Below, piece by piece: positions 37,563 to 51,051 of a DNA stretch of 64,000 nucleotides; position 1 is the stretch's first letter, and every line of letters starts with the position of its first letter. A model generated the notes under the pieces. The model saw only the letters and a list, made by a program, of their open reading frames with translations. It searched no databases and had not been told where the DNA came from. The position numbers were made by a program, and so were the translations under genes. This DNA is from Stegostoma tigrinum (Eukaryota), in assembly GCF_030684315.1 (NCBI RefSeq), contig NC_081382.1, positions 24,918,276-24,982,275 on the forward strand. Reading direction: 5' to 3'.

Positions 37563-39350
37563 GTTTATATTTTATACAAAAAGGACAATATTTTAAAAGG
37601 GATTCCATAAGCTCACTGACATTTGATCTGATATGTTTTTAATACCTAACTCTCAATGATGCTCCAATTTTTCATATCATCCTTTGACTGCTTTTCGACA
37701 AGGCTGTAACAAGCAATGAATATTTCCTTACCCATAATTTGTTTGTGAGGGATGGAATGTTCAGATTAAGTTAAGATGACCAGCGCTCTGTCTTTTTCTC
37801 CCAAATGCACAAACATTTTTTAAAGCAGATTTATTGAGCTTTTTTACCCCTCATGAGTTGCTAGCTCCCAGCTCCCAGAGTATTAAGTAATACTCTTTGA
37901 ATTTCCTTCGACAATGTCTTGCCTTTCATTCTCTGTTTTCTTTTGAAGTCCTGACCTCAATTTGTCACTCAGTCCAATGTTCTGCCTCGTTACCTCATTC
38001 TCAGCTTTGTCCAATACAGATCAATGCTGTAGCCTAACACTCCACCATAATGACCACAGGCTCATTTTTCTACCAGGAACCATCCCAAATGCATTTAAAT
38101 GATTGGAAATATCATTTTAAATTCTGAAAATAATGCAAAATTGCACAAATCAAATACATTGCTATAAATGTTACATATGGTGCATGCACATCTTTTCTAC
38201 AAACCTCACTTGCTATAACATTTTTATTTCAACATTTAAAACTAAAACTCCCACAGGAACAAGTCAACAACTCCCCATCACAGTTAATTACCACATTAAT
38301 GGGTCTTCCTCACTTGTTAGTATAAACTAAATATCCTACCATGGCTCATTGGATACTTATATTCATTCGCTTTTGCAATGTTTAGTCAGTGCTATGATTA
38401 ATGATGAAAAGATACCTTAGGTATATTTCAGCTGTTGAAACAGCTTAAAAATAATTGAAAATGGATGGTATGTGTCTTCTGTTAAATTTGTAAGTTAGAA
38501 GTGAAATGTGTAAAAGTGTCCCAGTTAGTCACTCCATCCTTTCCTGCCAATCAATGAGATCATACCTGATTTTGTGCATGAAACATTAAAACTCTGACAT
38601 ATACTGGATCTGTTATTAATATTTTAACACCTGAAGGTTTAAAGTCTGAACTCTGCTGCGAAATATTTACTGGCTTTCCAAACATTTCAATGCATTGTTG
38701 CATTTTTGATTTCACGATTTGTATTGATCATGTTTCACACAATCATCCACAAAGTTTATAATTGCAGATGAACACTTAACAAACTTGTATGCCGTTCCTT
38801 TGTCTGTTATAGCAGTAAAGATATTTACTCATTTAAAATAAATTTTTAATGCTGATCTTTTTCTCACTCACATATTTTGCAATAGGATGAATTGTGTTTG
38901 TCTTTCATTACCTTCATTAAGGATTCCACTTGGAGGCTTCAACCTTTCTTAAAAACCTGAACTTCATCGGGCCCTTCCCATACCACTCATTGCCACACAG
39001 GGAGCTGTCACCCTTTAAACTGTTATTGTTATTAATCATTTCTGATTTCTTCCTGGATAAGGTTGATGACCCAACCCAGTGTGAGAATTCTAAATCCAAC
39101 TGCAATCCAAAAGTAGGCAGAGAAAATCTGATTGAGCGGTGGGATGGGACACAATGCATTGTAAATGGAGGGTGCTACATTTTCTGCCTCGCTAATTGAC
39201 CAGAGAAACTAATCCATTACACTGGGGCACAATACCCTAGAACCCCCTGACTTGCAAGCTTGGCTTGTAATTAAAAAGCCAAATATTCTACGAATATTTC
39301 ATTGGGCTTTTGACATTAAATTTGATTCTTGCAGATCAAAATAGAAATGA

Positions 39351-39581
39351 GATAACGAAGTGTGGAGCTGGATGAACACAGCAGGGCAAGCAGCATCAGA
39401 GGAGCACAAAAGCTGACGTTTCAGGCCTAGACCCTTCTTCAGAAAAGCTTTTTCTGATGAAGGGTCTAGGCCCAAAACATCAGCTTTCCTGCTCCTAAGA
39501 TGCTGCTTGGCCTGCTGTGTTCATCCAGCTCCACACTTTGTTATCTGGGATTCTCCAGCATCTGCAGTTCCCATTATCTTT
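39351..39581. mobile_element. Fold-back Penelope-derived element with back-to-back hammerhead cores and a 17-bp TSD
   Basis: gatcaaaatagaaatga at 39334-39350 and 39582-39598. The - strand core at 39415-39442 is intact; the + strand core from 39454 is CpG-decayed. Confidence 0.85.
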
Positions 39582-39959
39582 GATCAAAATAGAAATGATC
39601 GGGTGAATTTTCTCTGACCAGTGGAGTTTGGGAGGGGCTGGTGTGGACAGGTGGGCTTTGCTGAGAACAGTGTAGACAAGTCATCATGGCAGGATTCCAA
39701 TGGGTTCCTGCATCCTTTAGCCTTTCCCACATGATGTTTGTACAAAGGTGGAAAGTCCTCAGCTGAGTCAGAAAGGGATTTGAGAAATGTAATAACATGG
39801 GAATTTATGCATGGATTCCTCTTTCCCAGTGGCACAGCACTTTCATACTCCAATCTGACAGCCTGGAGAAAGCTGATGGGAAACCATTCCTCACCGGAAC
39901 TGAGAAAAGCTTCGATCAGTTACACTGAAGATTTCACAGCCGTGGCCATGTGAAAGGCT

Positions 39960-40260
39960 AATGTTTGAAGCGCTCTTTCTGTCCAAAAGTGCTACCACTG
40001 CTTCCCATGGAACAAATGGTTAGAACAGATTTCAAGTGACCTTCATCCACTTTCTCCTGCACTTCCCAGCTCCACCATTTATCACTGCTGAGGGTCAAGA
40101 CACCAGCTGCCATCTCCTCAGTGCCGCCATCTTTCTCAGGGCAGATGTAATGACATCTTTGATGCAATTGAGAGGAGATGAGACCTTTGTCACAGGATCT
40201 ACTGGCTGAGAGTCAGTCCTCTTGAAACGCCCAAGTGTCAGTATCTCTGAAGTTCAGACC
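39960..40260 (-). mobile_element. Possible fossil Myb/SANT-like gene of a PIF/Harbinger-type transposon
   Basis: EEMAAGV.. followed, after a frameshift, by KCRRKWM (reverse complement of 40044-40064), resembling the trihelix W.E.A..V....QC.KKW pattern. Confidence 0.3.
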
Positions 40261-41089
40261 CTCAAATCCAGTCATTATTGACATCTGCTTCCTGGAACAA
40301 GATCTCCTTCACTGTGGAGCAAGTTAGCATGAGATGTCAAAAGCCAGCAAGATTCTTACCACTGAAGGCCAGGCCTACCTTCCTTCCTCCATTTCTTGCC
40401 CTCGGTTCTTACTAAGTTTGTCTGCTCTGTTCTCTTGCAAAGAAAGCCAGCAGTGTGATATATGTGCTACTTATGGCTTGAGTGCTGAGTAGGCTAGGAC
40501 AGCATTTGTAGAGGGTCAGGGTGAGGCATGAGTGTAAGAGGGCAAAAGGCTGAGAGTGACAGTGTGTTTGTTATTCAGATGAGGTACTTACAGAAAGAGC
40601 ATGATGTAAGACATGTTGATGACAGGTTTGCTGTGCTGGAGAAAGCTGGTCAAGCCAGTGTGTGGAAATTGGTACCTGATGGTGTTGTGCCACTCAATAG
40701 CCATACCCCACCTAATATCTCGGACCTTGGTCAATGAAGAAATTTCTGAAAGAGCATGCAGTTAAAGGACTTTTACATAATGTTAAACTGGATGGTTTGA
40801 GTTAATTAAACTCCAGCCTTAACCATAAGGCACATGAAGGAATTGCTAAAATTTGGATCATGCAAGCCAGTGCCCAAATGTTCTGGATTTATTAAATGAG
40901 AGTGTGTCCTAGTGGGAGTGATTGTGACCTCCATATTCTGCAGATAAAATTTAATTTGATTTTTGAATAATTTGGTTTGATCTAAAAACCTGTAAGCATG
41001 GTGATGGCCTCTCTGTGTCAGGCATTCGACTGACAAACAAAAACTTGGTGATGTCCTGTTACACAATGAAGCCATTCCTACTTCAGTAG

Positions 41090-41395
41090 AGGCAATGGCC
41101 TAGTGGTATTATCATTAGACTATTAACTCAAAGATCCAGACCTGGGTACAAATCCCACCATAGCAAATGCTAGAATTTGAATTCAGTAATAAGGGAAAAA
41201 TCTGGGATTAAGAATCTAATGAAGATCATGAAACTGTGGCCATTGTGGTTCACTAATGCCCTTTCGGGAAGGAAATTTGCCATCCTCACCTGGTCTGGCC
41301 TACATGCGACTCCAGACCCACAGCAATGTGATTGATGCTGAACGGCTCTCTGTGCAATTAGGGATGGGCAATGAATGCTGGCCTTGTGAATAAAT
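41090..41395 (+). mobile_element. tRNA-derived SINE (~300 bp) with a LINE-like tail
   Basis: A box TGGCCTAGTGG, B-box-like GGGTACAAATCC, and body tggttcactaatg..ggaaggaaat..cctggtctggcctacatg shared with 60790 and 50262. Confidence 0.8.
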
Positions 41396-41544
41396 TTTTA
41401 AAAATTGAGATGTGAGAAGGGCTCAGAAATACCACATAGCATCAAGGGTGAGCATCAGGAACAGTTTAGAGTTTATTTCTGTTCAGATATTTACCCCGTT
41501 TGTGCTGTACATCTGCCGATGTGCTGGCAACCACTTTGTCTTGA

Positions 41545-41882
41545 TAACCTTGGTCATTATTAGCAACTTCTACAGATACAGAGAATCTGAGACTCTCTTC
41601 CCCATGACAGAGGGCATAAGTTTAGGGTGAGGAGTAAGTGGTTTAGAGGAGATCTGAGGAAACTTTTTCTTGTCCAGAGGATGGTCGAAAAATGGAACAT
41701 GCTGCCTGACAGAGTGGTAGAGCCAAGTACTCTCTCAATATCTCATAAACATCTGGATGAGTACTTAAAATGCCAGGGCAGAGTAGGCAACAGGTCAAGT
41801 TAAATGGGATTAGTGTAGTTTGATGTTTGTTAATCAACACAAATCCTATAGGCTGAATTGCCAGTTTCTACACTGTATGATT
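41545..41882 (+). mobile_element. Old CR1 3' fragment
   Basis: agggcataagtttagggtgagg..tttagaggagatctgaggaaac..ggctgaattgccagtttct. Confidence 0.65.
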
Positions 41883-43120
41883 ATATTTCCAAAATCCAGC
41901 ATCCTCACTATAAACCAATAGTGTGGCGGCAGCTTTTATGTGGGTGGATAAACGGAATCAGTCTGAGCCTGAAAAAACATTCCACCTCAGAAAGAAATGT
42001 AACCTTTTACAAAGATTGGCGCTGTGTGTAGCATGCACACGGACCAATAATCAGTGTTAATGTAAGCCATTTCTTGTCACAGGCATTGAAATTCTCATAG
42101 ACCAGCTTTGTGACTCACATACTACTTACAGGTATTACTGTGATAAATGAATTTATTTCCTGAATGTATTCTGTGTCATGTCGCAGCAGTCACCAAGAAG
42201 ATATCCTCAGTGAAATACAATTACATACCTCACAGATGTATCCTGCACATTGTCAGTCTTTACCATGTTATTTTGTCCAGGCAATATAAGGCACAAAGGA
42301 GTTCCAAGGAGCATGTATTCAGTTCTCCCCTTTGCCCTATAGACAGAAATTATGAAACTTGTCAGAATCAGATCATCCAATATTTAAGGGTTTAGCTTGT
42401 GAACAATAAATCGCATATGAATAATTTTGTTAAAGTGACGTTCATATGCTATCAGGTAATGTTTAAACAGAGAACACATCATAGTTGCATTTCAAATTCT
42501 AATATTTTGATTCTAACAGTACAATGTACTTTTCCATTTCAGGTCAATTCCACGCATATTCAAGCATTCACCTACTATATTCTAAAAAGAATCTGTCTTC
42601 CTGAAAAATACTTCTGCTTTAGCCCCACTTGTTTACAGACATCAAACCAAAAACAACAAATCAAGCTTAAACACTGGAGCTTCAGGTTTGTAGGGGCCAT
42701 GAACCAGGCAATTATGCCCTGCAGTACTGACCCAGCGAACATACACTGGGTGAGTGGAAGGGCACCTTATCTGCATGAAGTTGTTGGGTACCTGCAGAAA
42801 TATACACACATTCATGTTACCTCTATACCTTACTAGGAAAAGATTATTATCAACCTACTTCGATATTAAAAATACTTTTTAAAAACTTCCATGCAGTGTG
42901 CCTCATCCCACTGGCTGTATCGCCCACAGTCTCACTGGGTTGCACTGAGAAGCTCTGAACTCCAAGTATAGAAAGTTTCTGTCTTGGCCCTGCCATCAGA
43001 TCTGCTCCTCCTACATGACTGACCTTGTAAGGAAAGCTGTGAAACCTGTCCGCTGCAGTAGGGGCTGACAGATCTTTTTCACTGTTGCTAGGTGTTAGGG
43101 AGGGGTGGTCGACACCTCTC

Positions 43121-43991
43121 TGATAATTAAAACCAAAATACCCAAAGAAGCTGACCTTGCCTCATAATCTGTTAAAGGAAGTGTGAAAAGTGATATAATC
43201 TGCCTCTCACCCCTAATCTGTTATAAAGGAATGGTTAGATGAAGGGAAACCCCGATACTCACTTGATAAGAAACAAGTAACAATTTATATATCTAGATCT
43301 TAACAGTAAACAAATTAACAGAACTACTAACAAACCAAATAATTCCCCGCTTAACTATTAACTATTCCTGATTAAAACATAATTCTAAGGGTATGCTGTT
43401 CCAATAAATATAGGTGCCACTTACATAACCCAAAGTAATAAGGAGAAAAATAAATTAAAACTTTGCCTCTTGAATTTACAGCCAGGATAAGTCTTCCAGA
43501 ATGTTCTCTGCATTCTTCTCTGTTTCCATTCAGGAGCACCTTTCTCTGCCAAATTCCTGTGTCAGGAGTATTAGCTAAGAGTGCCTTAGTACCTGTATTT
43601 AGATGGTGCTTACTTGAAGAGCTTAGAGATTTCTGAGAGAGCCAGTGAGTTGATCTTCAGATGGTAGTTCGCTCTCACACTGATTTTCAAATGTCTTCTT
43701 CTTTTATACCCTTGTTGACCTACTGATTCCTTACATTAGGATTGGTATTAGATTGTCAAAACCTGCAGATTTAAATTAATTGGGTTTTGGTATCTAGGAC
43801 CTGGCTTAAATTAATTGGCTAAATTCAAAAACCTGTTGTCTTGATAAAAATATTGCTTTGCCTGCTAACAGTATAGCGTTTTGATATAATGTTTCAATTT
43901 CAAGAATTCCCTGTGCATCTGCTGTTGCCTGAAGACATTTTTTAACCATTCCTAAAAAAAAATCTTTAAAACGGACCATCCACACTTCACA
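43121..43991 (-). mobile_element. Probable solo LTR (~870 bp)
   Basis: TG...CA ends, flanks cctctc / cccctc (6 bp, 1 mismatch), and GGGTATAAAAG on the - strand near 43701-43711. Confidence 0.45.
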
Positions 43992-44039
43992 CCCCTCACC
44001 ACATCATCTTACAAACAAATTCTGACGTGTCCTGTCTTT

Positions 44040-44232
44040 CAGTTGACAAAATACTGTGCCCACTTTCACAACAGTAGGGCAAAATCATAGAATGCCATCC
44101 CTCAGGGCATTGTGACTCTACCTACAGCACATGGACTGCAGTGGTTGAAGAAGGAGCTCACCACCACCTCCTAGACAAGAATGGCAACTAGAGCCAGGCA
44201 ATAAATGATGCCCACATTCCACGAGCGAATAA
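44040..44232 (+). mobile_element. 3' tail of the LINE family at 30755/48205
   Basis: catggactgcagtggttgaagaagg..ctcaccaccacctc..ggcaataaatgatgcccacattcc. Confidence 0.6.
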
Positions 44233-45099
44233 AACAAAATGCTAGATAATGACAGGACTCTCCAAGAAAACCAAGCATATTGATCTCATCATTACAGCAC
44301 TTACACATAACATCATTGTGGAGATAACAATGCATAGCTTTTGTAAACTTCTCTTCAAAAAAAATTTGTTGCCAGATATTTTTCATTATACTATTGCCCT
44401 TCAAACAGAAATATTATTCTACTATCAGAAGTACTTTCAATATTAAAACATTTTTAAATGTTCTAGGGGTTGTAAAATAGAAGTAAAATAAAATGAAAAC
44501 CCTCATTGATTTAGCTTCTTCCATGGCCAATTAAGTACTTTTGTAATGTAGTCACAAAGCAGGATAGGAACCAGGTATGGTCCAGCACTTAGTGGTGTTG
44601 GATCTGTGCCTAAACTCTGGTGATCTAGGGTTAGTGGCATACATGTTAACCCTTATGTTGAGCTAATTTCCAATCCTCTGTGGAAATAGCGTGGCATTCA
44701 GGCTGATCCAAGCTTGATCTGGTTTGTTGAAATACCTGTTCTGGCACATGGAGGACTGCAGTCAGAGGGCCGGGGTTGATGATCAGGTTGAGATTTATCC
44801 ATGTGCTGTTATCCCAATTTTGGATTCAAGCTTTCCAGAATTGAATCTAAATAGCTTCCAAGGAGTCATCCCATCTAACAACATCAGCATACTTCAGTTT
44901 AGTCCACGGATTTTGAATTGAGCCAATAATAAGCACATTAATGCAATAGAAAGGTCAACAGCGATTTCAAACACTTTAAATATTATGACAAGACGGTTTG
45001 CAGTTGAAATATTGAAGCATGTTTGCAGCATTCAAAGATGTGAATTACTTCTGAGAAAATAATTCTCAACAAATTTGTCAACGTTTTGTCATTACCTAA

Positions 45100-45850
45100 A
45101 AACCTTTGTCCTGTCACACTGATTTACAAAGTAATTCTCCCATGGTTCTTCAGTCTTAACTGTTAATAACCTCTAGCTCTTGAGCACTGGAAGGGTTAAA
45201 CTTCAGCCAGTGACAATGGAAAACTGTACACTCTCACTTTAGACTGAACTTGTGCTAATTTTAATCTTTTGAGTCAGCCAGCTGTGTGCTTGAAGTGCCT
45301 AAGGGCAGGCGAGCTCTTTACACGCAGCATGCTTGAAGGGTTAAAGAACATGCTCATTACCATACAGCTAATTTTCTGTCAGTGCTACTTATCATTTGCA
45401 AAGCGATAGCAGAGACTGTGGCCGTCTTTGAGCACTGACATGAGGTGGCAGCGACTGTCAGCAGCAAGACAGCAGCACCCTTTGGCTGGCACTTGCAGTG
45501 CATGCTAATGAGCAAAAGACACATCCCAGGGTGAAAGGTCAAAGCAATTATCAAATAATACCTTATTAAAAACAGTAAGTTACATCAACTTCAGCTGCCA
45601 TGCAAAAAAAAAATCATAAGATGAGAGGTGTCACAGGTCTGAGCAAGCAGTTTGCATGAACACTCTAAACAGAGTAGATAATATCAACAATTATCCAGTG
45701 GTGATTCATTAGAGTGAGGTATTATTCCATTATAGGGCTCTGTATGTGACAGTGAGTGAGAGTGACAAGAAGCACTTGAATCACATTATGGATTAATAAG
45801 CAGCTGGGGCACTGTGTGGGCTGCCTGCTGTGATGACATACCTCTTGCTT
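45100..45850. promoter_or_regulatory. Candidate conserved intronic enhancer
   Basis: No recognisable repeats; clustered TAAT/ATTA, TGACA/TGTCA, TGATTTAC (45120), AGGTCA (45536) and duplicated GAAGGGTTAAA (45190, 45335). Motif evidence only. Confidence 0.35.
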
Positions 45851-46214
45851 ACTGAGCCTACATACAACTGAATCTTGCTTTCTGAAGATAGACCCCCATT
45901 AGTACTGTTGGCTCCTCAGTATGTAAATGCAGCAGTGCTTTTGGAATTATTTTTAGAATCAGTCGAGAAGGTCTAAAGTCAGAACTAGTCACAATGGCAG
46001 CTGCTGTACTTCCGATGGATGTATCAAAACAACACCTGGATTATTTGTACCAGTTGGAAAGAATCAACTCCATGACTGTAATTTGCAACAAGAGTTTGTG
46101 AATGACAATAGAAAGGGCTTGAACATTCCAACCAACTGGATCAATAAACTTTGCTGCATACATTTGAGCTTTTTACTACAGTGGCTTCCATATTTTGGAA
46201 TTCATTACATTTTT

Positions 46215-46452
46215 CATAGAGTCATCGTTTCCCTACAGTGTGGAAGCAGGCCGTTCGGCCCATCATGTCTACACTAACCCTTCGAAGAGCAAGCAATCCA
46301 AGTCAACCCCCACCTACTCTGTGACCCTACATTTCCCAGGGCAAATCCACCCAGCCTGCAAATCCCTGGACACTGTGGAAATTTAGCATGGCCAATCCAT
46401 TTAACCTCATATTTTTGGACTGTGGGAGGAAACTGAAGCACCTGAGGAAACA
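46215..46452 (-). mobile_element. 5'-truncated HE1-like V-SINE
   Basis: aatttagcatggccaatcca..tttggactgtgggaggaaact matches 24433-24747. Confidence 0.8.
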
Positions 46453-46634
46453 CGTGATCATATTTCTACCTTTTCCCCCTTAAATGTGTTACCCTTTACT
46501 GAGAGCCTCCTGACGTTGCTCTCTGAAGTCGCAAAACTGAATGAATGCTAATTGCTTGTAATACAGGCTTCATCCTTAGTGAAGTGCTCGCGCTGTCATT
46601 CTAACAACCCTGAGATCATTCAAAAGACTCTAAG

Positions 46635-46965
46635 ACTGATGGAGAGCCACATTGTCAGAAGTGCTGTCGTTTAGATGAGATTTTAACCCAAGCCCCAACA
46701 GTCTCCTGTAATGGATGAGAGCTCCTGATTCGATCTGAACTGGACAGGAGCATGTCCTGTGATGTTGGCCTAGCTGATATAAAATCCTTTAACCAATGTC
46801 TAAGCCAGTTATTCTGATTATTTGTTTGCTTGCACAAATTGGCTGCTTTGCTTTCAGACTTTCAACAATAGTGACAAATGAAAAGCACCTTATTGCTTAA
46901 TAATGAAGCATTTTATGAAAGCCCAAACAGCGGGAAATAGCTCTGTAAATGCAGGTTCTGTTTTT
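46635..46965 (+). mobile_element. Old Deu-domain SINE (SacSINE1/AmnSINE-like)
   Basis: tgtcagaagtgctgtcgtttagatgagattttaacc..tgcacaaattggctgct..gtaaatgcaggtt resembles the Deu domain and tail as I recall them. Confidence 0.55.
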
Positions 46966-47477
46966 GTGATCAACAGAACTTTTAGCAGTAATGATATTTT
47001 GGGCAGTATGCTTGTTTTGAGTTTGGGACTCTGTAGTGACAGGGAGCGATCCAGTTTAGGATGGTGCCAAGCTTCAAGGGCTAGAAGGCAAATAGGAGGG
47101 CCTGTAGTAATGAGACAATTGGACGGCCCACCCCTGAGATTCGACCGTTTCTATGAGAAACCCCTGAATGGTTTTGTATTTTAGAGATCTGGAGTATATT
47201 TACATAAAGAATGTTTTCATGAATCTTTAGTGAATGTAACTTTCGGAGCTTTGTTAATGTTATGGTATAAATGTCTCATGGGAGTTTTAGGAGACTCCAT
47301 TTAGAGGATGCTATGTAACAAATATGAGAATTTAACACAGGAGTTACATAGAAGCTAGATTTGAAGTGTTGTGACTGGTTATATCAGCTGGAAAGCTGGT
47401 AACCAGACCCATAGCACTAAGTATTAAACGCTATGGTGATACTCATATTTTCACACTCGAGTCACAGCACAAGACAG

Positions 47478-47792
47478 AAAAAGGGTGGATAGGGAGAGCC
47501 TTTTTCCTAGGATGGTGACGGCAAGCACGAGGGGGCATAGCTTTAAATTGAGGGGTGAAAGATATAGGACAGATATCAGAGGTAGTTTCTTTACTCAAAG
47601 AGTAGTAAGGGAATGAAACACTTTGCCTGCAACGGTAGTAGATTCGCCAACTTTAGGTACATTTAGGTCGTCATTGGACAAGCATATGGACGTACATGGA
47701 ATAGTGTAGGTTAGATGGGCTTGAGATCGGTATGACAGGTCGGCACAACATCGAGGGCCAAAGGGCCTGTACTGTGCTGTAATATTCTATGT
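47478..47792 (+). mobile_element. Young CR1 3'-terminal fragment
   Basis: gggcatagctttaaattgagggg..tttactcaaagagtagt..gggccaaagggcctgtactgtgctgtaatattctatgt. Confidence 0.88.
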
Positions 47793-48204
47793 CAAGATGG
47801 GGCAGACCTCTACTAGAAGCAGAAGTGTACCAACTTAAAGGCCCAGATGGGCACTGTGCACAAAAGGTTTGGGGATTGGGAAGAGGCAACATATCAGGCT
47901 ATATGTACTAAACTGTACCACCTCTAAATCCTTACCTTCCCCTCCCATCCTCAGCACTATAACTGCCTCTCACTATTAATTCAAACATTGACAACTGCTA
48001 TTTCCAGCTATAACTGCCTGTCAAAATAGAACTAGGTTTCCAAATAAAATTTCATGAATGTGACTAAAGGATTTCTAAATTATACTTTAAGCCCAGGAGA
48101 TCCTTGGTTCATTCTGTGTTATGATACCTTTACCCGCTAGTCATTTGAAGATTCTAGTTGATCTGGCATATAAATACTTGTTGTAAAATTAACTGACTGA
48201 CTTT

Positions 48205-48660
48205 TCCAACTTGCCTGGATGAGTGCAGCTCCAACAACACTCAAGAACCTTGACACCATCAGGGATATAACAGCCAGCTTGTTTGGTGGCACATTGCATG
48301 ATCATCCACCCCATCCACCACTGATACTCAGTAGGAGCAACGTGCACCATCTACAAGGTTCATTGCAGAGTACAGCATTGCTCCTTGGGCAGGACCTACC
48401 AAACCCACAACCCCTACCATCTTGGAGGACAAAGGCAGCAGATACATGGGCACACACCACCCACAAGATCCCCTCCTTGAAATCCACCATCCTAACTTGG
48501 AAATATATTGCAAAAACCTGGAACTCCTTTCCTAACAGCACCATGCGTGTTCCTAAATGAAGTGAACCACAATGGCTCAAGAAAGCAATGACACATCTCC
48601 TCAAGGACAATTAGGGATAGGCAATAAATGTTGACCTAAACATCAATACTCACAACTCTA
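48205..48660 (+). mobile_element. LINE 3' fragment (same family as 30755-31310)
   Basis: WMSAAPTTLKNLDTI..KTWNSFPNS remnants; tail gggataggcaataaatg. Confidence 0.7.
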
Positions 48661-50261
48661 GAGCGGAGAAACAAAATTTACCTCAGTGGCACAATGTAAT
48701 CACTGTAGGATAAATTATTAAGTAATTGAACAAAATGTGGTGTAGGCGACTATGTGGCCATTTCTGTTCACTTTTTTAATGGTGATCAGCTTCTGCTAAC
48801 ATCTCAATCCCCATAGCCATTACCAGCCCACTTGCAGCTTTAGTTAACGAATTAACATCCTGTACATGATGATGTTTCGGGCAGGTCTAGCTGGCTTGCT
48901 GTTTGTGATGGCAGCTGGTTTCAAGTCAGTGAGTGGGCAAATGTCCAAGTAAATGATATAATTACTGCATACGATAGCAATGCGTCTGCCTCCAGAATTA
49001 TGACCTACAGTATAAAGCATGGAGAATATTTCTTTTAGGGATGAATTTGTGACATGGCTGATAGACATTGTGCATGAGGCTTGGAGAGAGAAAGTGAGAT
49101 GAGGAATGGTTCTGCATTGTTACGTCCAATTTTCTTAAAGCAGTGGACGCTGTAGATGAGTTAAAACCTGCTGCACAGAAGCATTAAAAACTGTAAAGTC
49201 CATATCGGTGTTTATTACCCCTGGCCCTGAGGATATCTCATTTGTGAACAGTCTGGATTCAAACTGAAGTGTTTCAGTTACACCCTTTAGATGGAGTCCA
49301 TAATTAGCCTTTCACAATTGGAACCTTTAATTAGTCAATCTAAATATATTAAACTCTTTGAAGACTAAAAAACTCATAAATTACTGCAATAAAAATGTTT
49401 TCTCGTAACTTTCCACAAGAATAGATAAAATTTCTTACATGGATTTCTATTTGAAATGGCGTGTCCAACCTCAGTTTTGTCTGTGACAGTGAGACTTTTG
49501 CATGCCAAAGCAGGATGTTTCATAGTTTGTCTTTCCTATTTTCTTATCAACCCTCTGGCAGTCAGTCACTGATTCTTCATGCCTTATAGTTCAATGAGTA
49601 GCCGGCAATCACCTTGTACTTCACCAACAATCCATGCAGAGCTTTCGGACGATGCATTAAAACAAAGACTAATCCTGCTGTAGCCCAAATCAGTTTGTGT
49701 CTTAATTTTGTCTACAGTCAGTGGATGTGCAGTGAGGGTCCTAGCTAATTATAATTCTCGCTGGTACTGAGACGGTGTACGTAACATTAACCCCAACTCA
49801 GATAAACAAATTAAATGCAGACAGAGTTTGTTTCTCAGATTCTGAATTTCTTGGTGTGGTGATGCATTAGACGGTCTGATCATTACTAATTAATACCATC
49901 AGAGAAAGTCCTTGTGGCATTTATTTCTTTCTGTAAGCCTGCCCTTTTTGATCATAAGGACAGATCTTGATTAAATTATGAAAAATATCCTATTATAGTG
50001 TGTGCATATGAAATGCATGTGAAATTACACCAGCGAGACCAGTTGATCATTGTTCTCAGACAAGGTAAGATGCTAACTGTTCAGTTATATAAGTGACCTC
50101 AGCTCCTGAAGTAATCCCCTCAATTTTTAATTAGTGGCAGTCTGCCACTACACACCCCTTGTTGTTAGTCACTAACCGTCCCCATTAACAACTATTCACT
50201 CTCCCAGCCTGATCATTAGCAACTCCTTTGTCTGTCCAACTGTCTCTGTCTTTGGGCTTTA

Positions 50262-50490
50262 TCCGGGGTTACATGTCGGTCAGACCAGGTATGGACAGCA
50301 GATTTCCTATCTGAAAGGACATTAGTGAACCAGTTGGGTTTTTACAGCAATTGATGATAACTAACATGGTAACTATTTACTGAGACTAGCCTGTAATTTT
50401 AGATTTATCAGTCAGTTTCAAATTCCATCACATGCTGTGGTGTGATTTGTACCTGTGCCCAGTGACATTAGCCACTAGGCTACCATCATG
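50262..50490 (-). mobile_element. Decayed SINE of the 41090 family
   Basis: cagaccaggta..cagatttcct..aaggacattagtgaacca. Confidence 0.65.
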
Positions 50491-51051
50491 CCCATCCCCA
50501 TCCAGCCCCTGTCCCTGCAATACTGATCCCATCAAAATGCATTGAAAAAGACAGAAAGCACAGTGCTACTCTGAGTGAAGACATTTTCTATTTATGCCAT
50601 TAAAATTGTAATGAAACATCAAATAAAATTTTAATGCTGCTGCTTTTAGAATTCTCTGTGCCATTTTGCATCAGTTTAGAACAGAATCCATTTCAGGAAA
50701 TTTGCCATATTGTATTTTTAATATGGAAACAGCATCATTTTAGTGAATTGGGTGTTTGAGGCAGGGATTATCAGGTGGTCATACAGAAGTAAATTCTGGT
50801 CTATTGTGCATTACAAACTTGTATTTGAGATTTCTCAAGTTTTATACCTATGGGCAAAACTAATCAGGAAATTCTATGCTACTATGTGTCATCTAAAGGG
50901 TATAAACATTTACAAAGATAATGTTTGAGACATAGAGATCTACAGGTAAACTAAATTTGTTAAGTATTTTCTCAGATACAAAAATTGCAGTAAAATCTGT
51001 CTGGTAGTCTTCATCAGAAACATTTATCATTTTATTTCCTTATCATCTCAG

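Larger units (their letters stand above)
17591..51051 (+). other. NEK6: 33,461-bp GT-AG intron between the two kinase exons
   Basis: GT at 17591 and AG at 51050-51051. The flanking peptides ...CLLYE|MAALQ... are contiguous in NEK6/7. Confidence 0.9.

Noticed and set aside
42399-42836. 145-aa ORF (and other 60-140-aa ORFs such as 19750-20157 and 9705-10211)
   Set aside because: No recognisable homology or exon structure; expected by chance in intronic or repeat DNA.
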